Shown here: in pieces, positions 20,215-29,904 of the stretch
Layout: every line of letters begins with the position of its first letter
Numbering within the stretch: position 1 is the stretch's first letter
Assembly (NCBI GenBank): GCA_000008885.1
Contig: BA000021.3
Coordinates: forward strand, 360,001 to 392,000
DNA from: Wigglesworthia glossinidia endosymbiont of Glossina brevipalpis
Lineage (GTDB): Bacteria; Pseudomonadota; Gammaproteobacteria; Enterobacterales; Enterobacteriaceae
Direction of reading: 5' to 3'
DNA: 32,000 nucleotides
Position numbers and translations under genes: made by a program
The notes under the pieces: model-generated
What the model was told of the DNA's origin: nothing
Database searches by the model: none
Seen by the model: the letters and a program-made list of their open reading frames with translations, nothing else

Positions 20215-22875
20215 TTATATTAAACGAGGGTTGATTTTATTAACATCAATATTAAAATCTTTAATTGCTTTTTTAATTACTTTTTTGCTTATTTTTTCTT
20301 CTTCATATAAAGCGGCTAAAGCGCTAATTACTACATATTCAGAACTAACTTCAAAATAATTTCTCAAATTGTTTCTGCTGTCAGAACGACCAAAACCATC
20401 TGTTCCTAAAGATTTAAATGTTTTAGATGGAACAAAATTTCTGATTTGATCTGAAAATAATTTTACATAATCAGTTGAAACTATTGTTGGAGTTTTATCC
20501 ATAATTTTGCTTATATATGGTATTTTAGGTTTTTCTAAAGGATTTAACATATTCCATCTAATACAATCTTGACCTTCTCTAGCTATTTCTGTTAAAGATG
20601 TAGCGCTATATACGTCAACATTAATATTATATTTTTTATATAGTATTTGAGCTGCTTCTCTTACATGTCGTAATATTGATCCAGAACCTATTAATTGAAC
20701 CTTGTTAGATTTATTAGATTTTAAAGAATCTATTTTATAAATTCCTTTGCAAATACCTTCTTCTACCCCATTAGGCATGGACGGCATGTAATAATTTTCA
20801 TTTAAAGTTGTAATATAATAAAATATGTTTTCAGGATTATCTCCATACATTCTGGTAAATCCGTTTTGGATAATAACTGCTAATTCGTATGCATAAGAAG
20901 GATCATATGAAACACAATTAGGAATGATTGAAGATTGTATATGGCTATGTCCATCAGCATGCTGCAATCCTTCTCCATTAAGAGTTGTTCTTCCAGAAGT
21001 TGCTCCAATCAAAAACCCTTTAGCTTGTTGATCACTTGCAGACCATAACAAATCACCAATTCTTTGAAATCCAAACATAGAATAATAAATATAAAAAGGA
21101 ATCATTATAACATTATTAGTACTATAAGAAGTTGCTGCTGCTATCCAAGAAGCTCCAGCTCCAAGTTCGTTTATTCCTTCTTGTAAAATTTGACCTGTCT
21201 TATCTTCTTTATAATACGCTAATTGATCTTTGTCTTGCGGAACATATTTTTGACCATTATAATTATATATACCTATCTTCCTAAACAACCCTTCCATTCC
21301 AAAAGTTCTAGCTTCATCTGCAACTATTGGAACTAACAATTTTGATATAAATTTATTATTTAATAAAATATTTATTATTCTTACAAAAGCCATTGTTGTA
21401 GAAATATTTCTTTTCTGTTCTTCCAATATAGAAGAAAAATCTTTTAATTCTGGTAAATTAAATAATTTATTGCATGAACTGTGTCTTTTTGGCAAATATC
21501 CATGTAGATTTTTTCTACAATTATGCAAATAGATATATTCTTTAGATTTTTTTGAAAATGAAACATAAGGTAGTAAATTTAAACATTTATCATTTATATC
21601 ATTTAAACCAAATCTATTTTTAAATTTTTTTATTCCATCAAAATCCATATTTTTAACTTGATGTGCAATATTTTTGCCTTCAGCTAAATCACCCATTCCA
21701 TATCCTTTTATTGTATGCATTAATATTACAACAGGCTTTCCTTTAGACTCATTAGCTTTTTTAATAGCAGAATATATTTTTTTAGGATCATGCCCACCGC
21801 AATTTAATTTCCATATTTCATCGTCACTCATATTTTCTACTAATTTGCTTGTTTCTACATATTTTCCAAAAAAATTTTTTCTAATATATTCTCCATTTTT
21901 AGATCTAAAATTCTGATAATCTCCATCTAATGTTTCATTCATTAATTTAATCAACTTTCCAGATTTATCACTATTTATTAAAGAATCCCATCTTCCTCCC
22001 CATATTACTTTAATTACTTCCCATCCTGCTCCATAAAATATCTCCGAAAGCTCTGTAATTATCTTTCCATTTCCATAAACAGGACCGTCTAATCTTTGCA
22101 AATTACAATTAATAATAAAAATTAAATTATCTAATTTTTCTCTAGATGCTATATTGATACTGCCTTTAGATTCTGGCTCATCCATTTCGCCATCTCCTAA
22201 AAATACATATACTTTTTTTTGTTCAGTATTTTTTAATTTTCTATTGTGAAGATATTTTAGAAATTTTGCTTGATAAATTCCACATATCGCTCCTAAACCC
22301 ATAGATACAGTTGGAAATTGCCAAAAATTTGGCATTAATTTAGGATGAGGATAAGAAGGTAAACCAGATCCATTAGTTTCTTGTCTGAAATTATTTATTT
22401 GATTTTCATTTAATCTACCTTCAATAAAAGCTCTAGAATAAATCCCTGGAGATATATGTCCTTGAAAATAAACTAAATCTCCTCCATCTTTTGCTAATGG
22501 CCCTCTAAAAAAATGATTAAAACATACTTCATATATAGTTGCAGATGATTGAAAGGATGATATATGTCCTCCTAATTCTAGATTTTTTTTAGAAGCTCTT
22601 AAAACCATCATCATTGCATTCCATCTTATAAAAGATCTAATTTTATTTTCTAATTTTAAATCTCCTGGGTATTTAGGCTCATCTTCTTTAGAAATAGTAT
22701 TTATATAGTTTTCATTTTTAAATATAAAATTTTTGTCTTTTTTTTTAATTTCTGTAAATACTTTTGAAACTATATATTTTGCTCTTTCTATACCGTCTAT
22801 TTCTATTACTGATTTAATTGAATCTTGCCACTCACTTGTTTCGATTGGATCTATATCATAATATTTATTATGCAC
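20215..22875 (-). CDS. aceE: pyruvate dehydrogenase E1 component
   Basis: 886 aa ORF: DIDPIETSEWQDSIKSVI, HISSFQSSATIYEVCFNHFFRG, YVFLGDGEMDEPES, PIVADEARTFGMEGLFRKIGIY, GLQHADGHSHI, LGTDGFGRSDSR. Confidence 0.98.
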   Translation of the reverse strand: MHNKYYDIDPIETSEWQDSIKSVIEIDGIERAKYIVSKVFTEIKKKDKNFIFKNENYINTISKEDEPKYPGDLKLENKIRSFIRWNAMMMVLRASKKNLELGGHISSFQSSATIYEVCFNHFFRGPLAKDGGDLVYFQGHISPGIYSRAFIEGRLNENQINNFRQETNGSGLPSYPHPKLMPNFWQFPTVSMGLGAICGIYQAKFLKYLHNRKLKNTEQKKVYVFLGDGEMDEPESKGSINIASREKLDNLIFIINCNLQRLDGPVYGNGKIITELSEIFYGAGWEVIKVIWGGRWDSLINSDKSGKLIKLMNETLDGDYQNFRSKNGEYIRKNFFGKYVETSKLVENMSDDEIWKLNCGGHDPKKIYSAIKKANESKGKPVVILMHTIKGYGMGDLAEGKNIAHQVKNMDFDGIKKFKNRFGLNDINDKCLNLLPYVSFSKKSKEYIYLHNCRKNLHGYLPKRHSSCNKLFNLPELKDFSSILEEQKRNISTTMAFVRIINILLNNKFISKLLVPIVADEARTFGMEGLFRKIGIYNYNGQKYVPQDKDQLAYYKEDKTGQILQEGINELGAGASWIAAATSYSTNNVIMIPFYIYYSMFGFQRIGDLLWSASDQQAKGFLIGATSGRTTLNGEGLQHADGHSHIQSSIIPNCVSYDPSYAYELAVIIQNGFTRMYGDNPENIFYYITTLNENYYMPSMPNGVEEGICKGIYKIDSLKSNKSNKVQLIGSGSILRHVREAAQILYKKYNINVDVYSATSLTEIAREGQDCIRWNMLNPLEKPKIPYISKIMDKTPTIVSTDYVKLFSDQIRNFVPSKTFKSLGTDGFGRSDSRNNLRNYFEVSSEYVVISALAALYEEEKISKKVIKKAIKDFNIDVNKINPRLI

Positions 22876-23536
22876 TATATTATCTCCTTATTTAAAATTA
22901 ATAGAAATTTTTATTTTTAATGAAAATTTTTAATATTTTATATTATATTTAATAATTGTTTTTTTATTTATATAAAAATTAAATTTTATTTAATTTTTTT
23001 TAATAATTTTGAAAAAAAATAAAAATTTTATAAAAAATTTAATTTTAATATTTATTAAAATTTATTTATTAAAAATAATTTTTATAATAAAATAAAATTA
23101 AAGTATTAATTGGTTGATTAATGTATAACTATTATCTATTTAAAACATCAATAAAAAATAATTTTTATAAAAAAATAATAATATTATAAAATTTTAAATA
23201 TTAATGATTTATATATAGAATATATCTATGTAAAATATAAATATTTAAATTTTATTAAAATATTTTATTTTATAAATTCAATTTTAAATATTTATTTAAA
23301 CAATTTTTATTTTTATTAATTTGTAAAAATTTTTTAAATTTTATTTAAATTACATATTAAAAATTAATAAAATAATATTTATATTTTTAATAAAAATAAA
23401 AATTTTTATATTTTTAAAAAATTATATAAATATAAAATATTTATTTTTTAATGATTTTTTTATAAAATTATTTATTTATAAAAATTTATTTATTTGTTAT
23501 AATTATAATATATTAATTATTAAAAAATATATTTTT

Positions 23537-24412
23537 ATGATAAATTTTAGTAAAAAAAAAATTATTAAACAAATAAAAAAAGATATTAATAATATAGTTA
23601 AATCTTCTTTAGAAGAAGACTTAGGAAAATCAATAAATATTAATTTTGATATTACAAGTAAAATATTTAAAGAAAATAAATTAATAAAATCAAATATTTA
23701 TACAAAAGAGAATGGGGTTTTCTGTGGAAAAATGTGGCTAGAGGAAGTATTCTATCAAATAGATAATAATATAAATATAATATGGAAAGTTTCAGATGGT
23801 GATGAATTAAAAAAAGATCAATTAATTTGTATAATACAAGGTCCTATAAAATGTTTATTAGCTGGAGAAAGAACAGCTTTAAATTTTATACAAACACTTT
23901 CAGGAGTGTCTAGTAAAGTAAAAAAATATATCGAAATTATTAAAAACACAAAAACAAAATTAAGAGATACTAGGAAAACTATACCAGGATTAAGAAGTTC
24001 TTTAAAATACGCAGTATTATGCGGAGGTGCTGAAAATCATAGATTTGGTTTATTTGATGGAATACTAATAAAAGATAATCATATAGAATATATAGGATCT
24101 ATTAAAAAAATAATAAATATGACAAGATTATATTTTCCAAAAAGTAAACTAGAAATAGAAGTAAGAAATATAAAAGAATTAAAAGAAGCAATTACATCAA
24201 AAGCAGACTTAATTATGTTAGACAATTTTAAATATGAAGATGTTATTAAGGCTGTAATTATAAACAAAAATCAGTCTATTCTAGAAGCATCTGGAAATAT
24301 AAATAAAAAAAATTTATTAAAATTTGCATCAACAGGAGTTGATTATATTTCATTAGGAGAATTAACTAAAAATATAAAATCTTTAGATTTGACAATGAAT
24401 ATTGATTCATAA
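23537..24412 (+). CDS. nadC: nicotinate-nucleotide pyrophosphorylase (carboxylating)
   Basis: 291 aa ORF: RTALNFIQTLSGVSSKVKKY, LRDTRKTIPGLRSSLKYAVLCGGAENHRFGLFDGILIKDNH, LEIEVRNIKELKEA, IMLDNF, SLGELTKNIKSLDLTMNI; divergent from the pdh operon. Confidence 0.97.
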   Translation: MINFSKKKIIKQIKKDINNIVKSSLEEDLGKSININFDITSKIFKENKLIKSNIYTKENGVFCGKMWLEEVFYQIDNNINIIWKVSDGDELKKDQLICIIQGPIKCLLAGERTALNFIQTLSGVSSKVKKYIEIIKNTKTKLRDTRKTIPGLRSSLKYAVLCGGAENHRFGLFDGILIKDNHIEYIGSIKKIINMTRLYFPKSKLEIEVRNIKELKEAITSKADLIMLDNFKYEDVIKAVIINKNQSILEASGNINKKNLLKFASTGVDYISLGELTKNIKSLDLTMNIDS

Positions 24413-24455
24413 AGATTTTTATATATTTTAATTAAAAAAAATTAATTTTATAATA

Positions 24456-24749
24456 TTATTTTTTATGAAAGAAAATAGATTCAAAAATTAATTCGTTAGC
24501 TATTTTATCTAAATCAATATTTAATATGTCATTCTTTATTTTTTCTTTAATAATTTTGACTTTTTTTATATCAATATCATATTTTTCGTAATTTTTTATT
24601 TTTTCAAAAGCATAATAAAACTTGATCTTAGATTGATTTTTTTTATAGTTTTTTACATTGTTCTTTTTTTGACATAACAAATCTACTTTATTTTCAATGT
24701 TATTTAATGAATCAATTGATCTTAAAGATTGAATATTTTCTATTTTCAT
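24456..24749 (-). CDS. flgM: FlgM-like anti-sigma-28 factor
   Basis: 97 aa ORF. C-terminal YDIDIKKVKIIKEKIKNDILNIDLDKIANELIFESIFF matches the enterobacterial FlgM sigma-binding region ([39 protein letters not shown]). SD-like AAAGGAAAA lies just upstream of the ATG on the minus strand, and the size is typical for FlgM. Confidence 0.72.
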   Translation of the reverse strand: MKIENIQSLRSIDSLNNIENKVDLLCQKKNNVKNYKKNQSKIKFYYAFEKIKNYEKYDIDIKKVKIIKEKIKNDILNIDLDKIANELIFESIFFHKK

Positions 24750-24984
24750 AGATTTTCCTTTTGCTTAAATAAATATTATTTTTATAATAATAAAATCAAT
24801 AAAAATTAAATAATTTTATTTTGTTTTAATAAATCAAATAAATATTTTTAAAAAAAATAAATATAATTTTTATTATAAAATTTAATATAATTGAATTATA
24901 TTCTTATAGCAAACAATTAATTATTTTTGTTTTAAAAATAAAAAATACAATAATATTATTTTATTTTATATAATTTTTAAAAAT

Positions 24985-25551
24985 ATGATTGAATTTTGCT
25001 CATTCAAAAAAAGAACTTATATATTATTTTACCTTATTATAATATTTATAATATATTTTCAAATATTTTTTTCTTTTGAATGTATTGGAGAATATAGTTC
25101 TATTAAAGATAATAGTCAAATAAATAACTACAATATGAGAATTTACAATATCAATGGATCTATAAAATATAAGATTTTTGCTCAAAATATAATAATATCT
25201 TCTAATCAAGAAGAAATATTTATAACTAATCCTATAGTAATAATTTTTAATGAAAATAAAATTCCCATTTGGTCAATAGATTCTATGCAAGCAAAAATTT
25301 CAAAAAAAGAAAACTATTTATTTTTATATGGAAAAACAATAATAAAAAATTTTATTTATAGTTTATACATAAAAAAAATTTATACTAATAATGCTATTTT
25401 AAATTTAAAAACTCATGATATATTTTCTAGAAAGAAAACAATTTTGTTTGGTTCAAATTTTAATTCTACAGGTATTAGAATGCAAGGAAATTTAAAATAT
25501 AAAATTTTTTTATTAAAAGATAACATTACTACTTTAAATGAAAATCAATAA
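24985..25551 (+). CDS. lptC: LPS export protein LptC
   Basis: 188 aa ORF with N-terminal TM helix and LptC-like features (EEIFITNPIVIIFNENKIPIWSIDSMQAKIS, YLFLYGKTIIKN, TNNAILNLKTHDIFSRKKTILFGSNFNSTGIRMQGNLKYKIFLLKD); directly upstream of lptA and lptB. Confidence 0.88.
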   Translation: MIEFCSFKKRTYILFYLIIIFIIYFQIFFSFECIGEYSSIKDNSQINNYNMRIYNINGSIKYKIFAQNIIISSNQEEIFITNPIVIIFNENKIPIWSIDSMQAKISKKENYLFLYGKTIIKNFIYSLYIKKIYTNNAILNLKTHDIFSRKKTILFGSNFNSTGIRMQGNLKYKIFLLKDNITTLNENQ

Positions 25552-26011
25552 ATATAAAATATTTTTTTTCATTTTTTTTAATATATTTTCAATAAATTTT
25601 TGTTTTTCGATTAACGAGATTAAAATTTTTTCTAAAAAACAAATATTCGATACTAATTTAGAAAGAATTATATTTAATAAAGATATTACTTTAGAATATA
25701 AAAATATTTTAATCAAAGCAAACACTATAATAATTTATAAAGAAAAGACAAAAAAAAAAATTATAGAAGGATACGGAACACCAATAATTATTAAAAATCT
25801 AAAAAAAAATAATTCTTTCACTAGCATTTCATGCTTAAAAATGAAATATTATTTTTTTGACAAAACTATAATTTTATCTGAAAATGTAGTATTAAAACAA
25901 TCAAAAAATGTTATTTTCAGTGACTATGCTGTTTTTTATTTAAATGAAAACAAGATTTATACAAAAAGTAATCCTAACAAAAAAGTCCAAACTATATTAA
26001 ATTTAGAATAA
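25538..26011 (+). CDS. lptA: LPS transport periplasmic protein LptA
   Basis: 157 aa ORF with signal-like N-terminus and OstA/LptA-type repeats (NKDITLEYKNILIKANTIIIYKE, IIEGYGTPIII, MKYYFFDKTIILSENVVLKQSKNVIFSDYAVFYLNENKIYT). Overlaps lptC by 14 nt and precedes lptB. Confidence 0.87.
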   Translation: MKINKYKIFFFIFFNIFSINFCFSINEIKIFSKKQIFDTNLERIIFNKDITLEYKNILIKANTIIIYKEKTKKKIIEGYGTPIIIKNLKKNNSFTSISCLKMKYYFFDKTIILSENVVLKQSKNVIFSDYAVFYLNENKIYTKSNPNKKVQTILNLE

Positions 26012-26030
26012 AACAAAATATATTTATATT

Positions 26031-26750
26031 ATGTCAATTTTAAATGTTAAAAATTTATTCAAATCATATAAAAATAAAAAAATAATATCAAATATCAGCT
26101 TGAATATTAACTCAAGAGAAATTGTTGGATTGGCTGGTCCGAACGGAGCTGGTAAAACAACGACATTTTATATAATAGTTGGAATAATTAAACAAGACAA
26201 AGGAAATATTTTATTAAACAATAAAGATTTAAGTAATTTACCTTTGCATGTTAGAGCTAAATTAGGAATTGGTTATTTACCTCAAGAGCCTTCTGTATTT
26301 CTTGAATTGAACGTACAAGATAATTTAATGGTAGCATGCCAAAATCGTTCTGATTTAAATAATGATCAAAGATATAAATTAGTAAAAAATTTAATGAAAG
26401 AATTTAATATTTTACATATTAAAAATAGTTTAGGAAAAATTTTATCTGGTGGTGAAAAAAGAAGAGTAGAAATTGCTCGTATTTTATCTATTGAACCAAA
26501 ATTTATATTGCTTGACGAACCATTTTCTGGGGTCGATCCAATTTCAATAAGTGATATAAAAAATATCATAAAAAAATTATGCAAAAGAAATTTAGGCGTC
26601 CTTATTACTGACCACAATATACGTGAAATATTTTCTATATGCAATAAAATATATATAATAAGCAAAGGTAAATTAATAGCTAGTGGATCTCCAAAAGAAA
26701 TTTATAATAATTCATATATTAAAAGCATTTATTTAGGTAATAATTTTTAA
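26031..26750 (+). CDS. lptB: LPS export ABC transporter ATP-binding protein LptB
   Basis: 239 aa ORF: Walker A GPNGAGKTTTFYIIVG, signature LSGGEKRRVEIARIL, Walker B FILLDEPFSGVDP, GVLITDHNIREIFSIC. Confidence 0.97.
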   Translation: MSILNVKNLFKSYKNKKIISNISLNINSREIVGLAGPNGAGKTTTFYIIVGIIKQDKGNILLNNKDLSNLPLHVRAKLGIGYLPQEPSVFLELNVQDNLMVACQNRSDLNNDQRYKLVKNLMKEFNILHIKNSLGKILSGGEKRRVEIARILSIEPKFILLDEPFSGVDPISISDIKNIIKKLCKRNLGVLITDHNIREIFSICNKIYIISKGKLIASGSPKEIYNNSYIKSIYLGNNF

Positions 26751-27730
26751 TAAAATCCATATTTCTTGATATCATTAATATGTATTATTCCAGAAAAATA
26801 ATTTTTTATAGAAACTAATAAATAATCAGTTTTAATAGATTGCATAATTTTAAATGCTTTTTCTACTAATATATCTGGATTAATTTGATTGAAATTAATA
26901 TTCATAACAGTTGAAATAGAATCATTTAAGTTTAAATTTAATTTATATATTTTTTTTAAATTTTTAAAATTGAAAACCCCTTTTATAGTTTTATTATTAT
27001 TCAATATTACTGCAATACCAAAATTTTTTTTTGTAATTTTTACAATTGTGTCGAATATAGAATATGTACTATATACAATTGGAACATCTATTTTTTTTCT
27101 CATAATATCATTAACTCTTAATGATAATTTTTTTCCTAAAATTCCTCCTGGATGCAAAAAAGAAAAATTTTTAATATTAAATCCTTTTGCTATTGATAAC
27201 GATATAGCTAAAGCATCACCCATTACAAGAGCAGCAGTACTACTAGTAGTAGGAGATAATCCTAACGAACATGCTTCTTTAGTTACTTTTATAGAAAGAT
27301 TAATTTTAGATAATTTTGACATTGTACTTAAAGGATTTCCAGTAATACTTATATATGTAATATTGAAATTATTTAAGTAATATATTAATGAAATTATTTC
27401 TTTAGATTCTCCAGAATTAGAAATTGCTATTACAATATCATTGGAACATAAAGATCCTAAATCTCCATGACCAGCTTCTGTTGGATGTATAAAGAATGAA
27501 GGACTTCCTGTGCTAGAAAATGTAGATGATAATTTTCTAGCTATGTGTCCAGATTTACCTATTCCCATAGTTGCTATTTTACCATTACATTTTAATAAAA
27601 GTTCTCCAATTTTTTGAAAATCTCTATTAATACATTTTTTTAATTTACATATACCATTTTTTTCTAAATCTAATACTTGTTTACCATAATAAATAAAATC
27701 AAAATTTGATGGAACATCATTATTTGGCAT
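26747..27730 (-). CDS. kdsD: D-arabinose 5-phosphate isomerase
   Basis: 327 aa ORF with SIS domain (GIGKSGHIARKLSSTFSSTGSPSFFIHPTEAGHGDLG, AISNSGESKEI, LSPTTSSTAALVMGDALA, FLHPGGILGKKL) and C-terminal CBS-like region. Confidence 0.94.
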   Translation of the reverse strand: MPNNDVPSNFDFIYYGKQVLDLEKNGICKLKKCINRDFQKIGELLLKCNGKIATMGIGKSGHIARKLSSTFSSTGSPSFFIHPTEAGHGDLGSLCSNDIVIAISNSGESKEIISLIYYLNNFNITYISITGNPLSTMSKLSKINLSIKVTKEACSLGLSPTTSSTAALVMGDALAISLSIAKGFNIKNFSFLHPGGILGKKLSLRVNDIMRKKIDVPIVYSTYSIFDTIVKITKKNFGIAVILNNNKTIKGVFNFKNLKKIYKLNLNLNDSISTVMNINFNQINPDILVEKAFKIMQSIKTDYLLVSIKNYFSGIIHINDIKKYGFY

Positions 27731-28312
27731 TTTAACATCCTAAATGAATTTTATTATAAAATAATATTTAAATTTTTATGAATACTATTCAAACATTAAT
27801 ATTAAAATTATTTTATTTTTATATTTTATATAATATTAAAATATATAAATAAAATTAATATTTTTAAAGAATTAAAAAATAATTTTATAAATAAACAAAT
27901 AATAAATTGATTTATATTATTTTAATTTACCATTACCAATAAAATATTAAATAGTATTTTATAAATATTTTTATGCTTAAAAAAGCAAACTAATTATTAT
28001 TATGATTGTAAATAAATAATTATTTTTATATTTATTAAATTTAAAATATATGTATTATTGATTATCAATCAAATTAATCATATCAATAAAACTAAAAAAT
28101 TTTTAATAAATAAAATTTATTTATATAATACGAAAATTAAAATTTATTGATTAATTCATAAAAATTTGATACTTAAATATTATTAACTATAATAAAGAAT
28201 TTTATCAATAAATATTTAATTTGTTATTATTTTATACATAAATAATCTATAATTATAGAAAATTAATTTGTTAAATATTTTAAATAAAAAATATTTTAAA
28301 TTTAAAAAAGTT

Positions 28313-28585
28313 ATGAAAATAGAAAAAATTAAAAACATACTAAAATGTGAATTAAACCTAAAAGAAATATATGTAAATAACAATGGAAAATATTTCAAAA
28401 TTATAGCAGTGAGCGAAATTTTTTCTAAATTAAACAGAATACAAAAAGAACAAATGATATATAAGCCATTAATGAAATATATTAAAAATAATCTAATTCA
28501 TGCTATATCAGTATATCCATACTCTATAGAAGAATGGAAATCAATAAAAAAAAATATTTTTTTTAAAAAAAATGAAAAAAATTAA
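28313..28585 (+). CDS. ibaG: BolA/IbaG family protein
   Basis: Start moved from the track's 28268 non-ATG start to the internal ATG. MKIEKIKNILKCELNLKEIYVNNNGKYFKIIAVSEIFSKLNRIQKEQMIYKPLMKYIKNNLIHAISVYPYSIEEW matches E. coli IbaG (YrbA); directly upstream of murA as in E. coli. Confidence 0.88.
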   Translation: MKIEKIKNILKCELNLKEIYVNNNGKYFKIIAVSEIFSKLNRIQKEQMIYKPLMKYIKNNLIHAISVYPYSIEEWKSIKKNIFFKKNEKN

Positions 28586-28613
28586 TTTATAAAATTATAG
28601 AGATGAATTTAAA

Positions 28614-29870
28614 TTGAATCAGTTTGTTATTAAAGGTTCAAATAAATTAACCGGGGATGTATTTATATCAGGTTCTAAAAATGCATCTTTGCCTATTTTA
28701 TTTGCGACGATTCTTTCAGAAGAAGAAATTGAAATACAAAATGTGCCTAAAATAAAAGATACTGATTTTGCTATTAAATTATTAAGATATTTAGGGGCGA
28801 CTGTAGAAGAAAACAAATCAATATATATAAATGCTAAAAATATAAGCATATATCATGCTCCGTGCAATTTAGTAAAAACTATGCGTGCTTCTATTTGGGC
28901 GTTAGGTCCGTTATTAGCTAGATTTGGAGAAGGATCAATATCACTTCCTGGAGGATGCGAAATAGGAAATAGACCTGTAGATTTACATCTATATGGATTA
29001 AAAAAACTTGGAGCAAAAATTTATTTAAAAGACGGATATGTTAAAGCAAATGTTAAAGGTCGTCTTCATTCTGCTCGTATTGTTATGAATAAAATAAGCG
29101 TTGGAGCTACACTAACTATTATGAGCGCGGCTACATTAGCTATAGGAATAACAATTATAGAAAATGCTGCAAGAGAACCAGAAATAATTGATACTGCCAA
29201 TTTTTTAATATCTCTAGGAGCTAAGATAAATGGAGTAGGAACTAATACAATTTTTATAAAAGGAGTAAAAAAACTAAAAGGAGGTGTATATAAAATACTT
29301 CCGGATAGAATAGAAACAGGAACTTTTTTAGTAGCAGCAGCTATATCTAGAGGGAAAATAACATGCTACGATACAAATCCTAATACATTAAATATTGTAT
29401 TGAAAAAACTTCACGAATCTGGAGCAAGAATAGAAATAGGAAAAGATTGGATTAAACTAGATATGATAGACAAAAGGCCTAAAGCTGTTAAAATAGAAAC
29501 CTCTCCTTATCCTGGTTTTCCTACAGATATGCAAGCACAATTCACTGTATTAAATTTAATATCTTATGGTTCTAGTATAATTACAGAAAATATTTTTGAA
29601 AACAGATTTATGCATATATCAGAATTAATAAAAATGGGAGGAAGAGCTATTATTAAAAATAACAATATTTTTTGCTATGGAGTCAATCAATTATTTGGAG
29701 CTCAAGTAATTGCAAAAGATTTAAGAACGGCTGCAAGCTTAATAATTGCTGGCTGCATAGCGGATGGAATTACAACTGTAGATTGTTTATATCATATCGA
29801 TAGAGGATATTGTCAAATAGAAAATAAACTCAAAAATATAGGAGCTAATATTAAAAGATTAAAAAAATAG
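28614..29870 (+). CDS. murA: UDP-N-acetylglucosamine 1-carboxyvinyltransferase
   Basis: 418 aa ORF from a TTG start: [54 protein letters not shown] (active-site Cys kept), [39 protein letters not shown]. Confidence 0.97.
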   Translation: MNQFVIKGSNKLTGDVFISGSKNASLPILFATILSEEEIEIQNVPKIKDTDFAIKLLRYLGATVEENKSIYINAKNISIYHAPCNLVKTMRASIWALGPLLARFGEGSISLPGGCEIGNRPVDLHLYGLKKLGAKIYLKDGYVKANVKGRLHSARIVMNKISVGATLTIMSAATLAIGITIIENAAREPEIIDTANFLISLGAKINGVGTNTIFIKGVKKLKGGVYKILPDRIETGTFLVAAAISRGKITCYDTNPNTLNIVLKKLHESGARIEIGKDWIKLDMIDKRPKAVKIETSPYPGFPTDMQAQFTVLNLISYGSSIITENIFENRFMHISELIKMGGRAIIKNNNIFCYGVNQLFGAQVIAKDLRTAASLIIAGCIADGITTVDCLYHIDRGYCQIENKLKNIGANIKRLKK

Positions 29871-29904
29871 ATTTAAAAAATAATAATTTAATATTAATTT
29901 TATA

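Noticed and set aside
26366-27380. Antisense/overlapping ORFs in lptB (26366..26665 -) and kdsD (26889..27380 +)
   Set aside because: Both lie fully inside confidently identified genes. Their hydrophobic or low-complexity content is expected from antisense AT-rich coding sequence.
28216-28398. Minus-strand 60 aa ORF overlapping ibaG start
   Set aside because: Low-complexity hydrophobic translation of AT-rich DNA overlapping a recognised gene.
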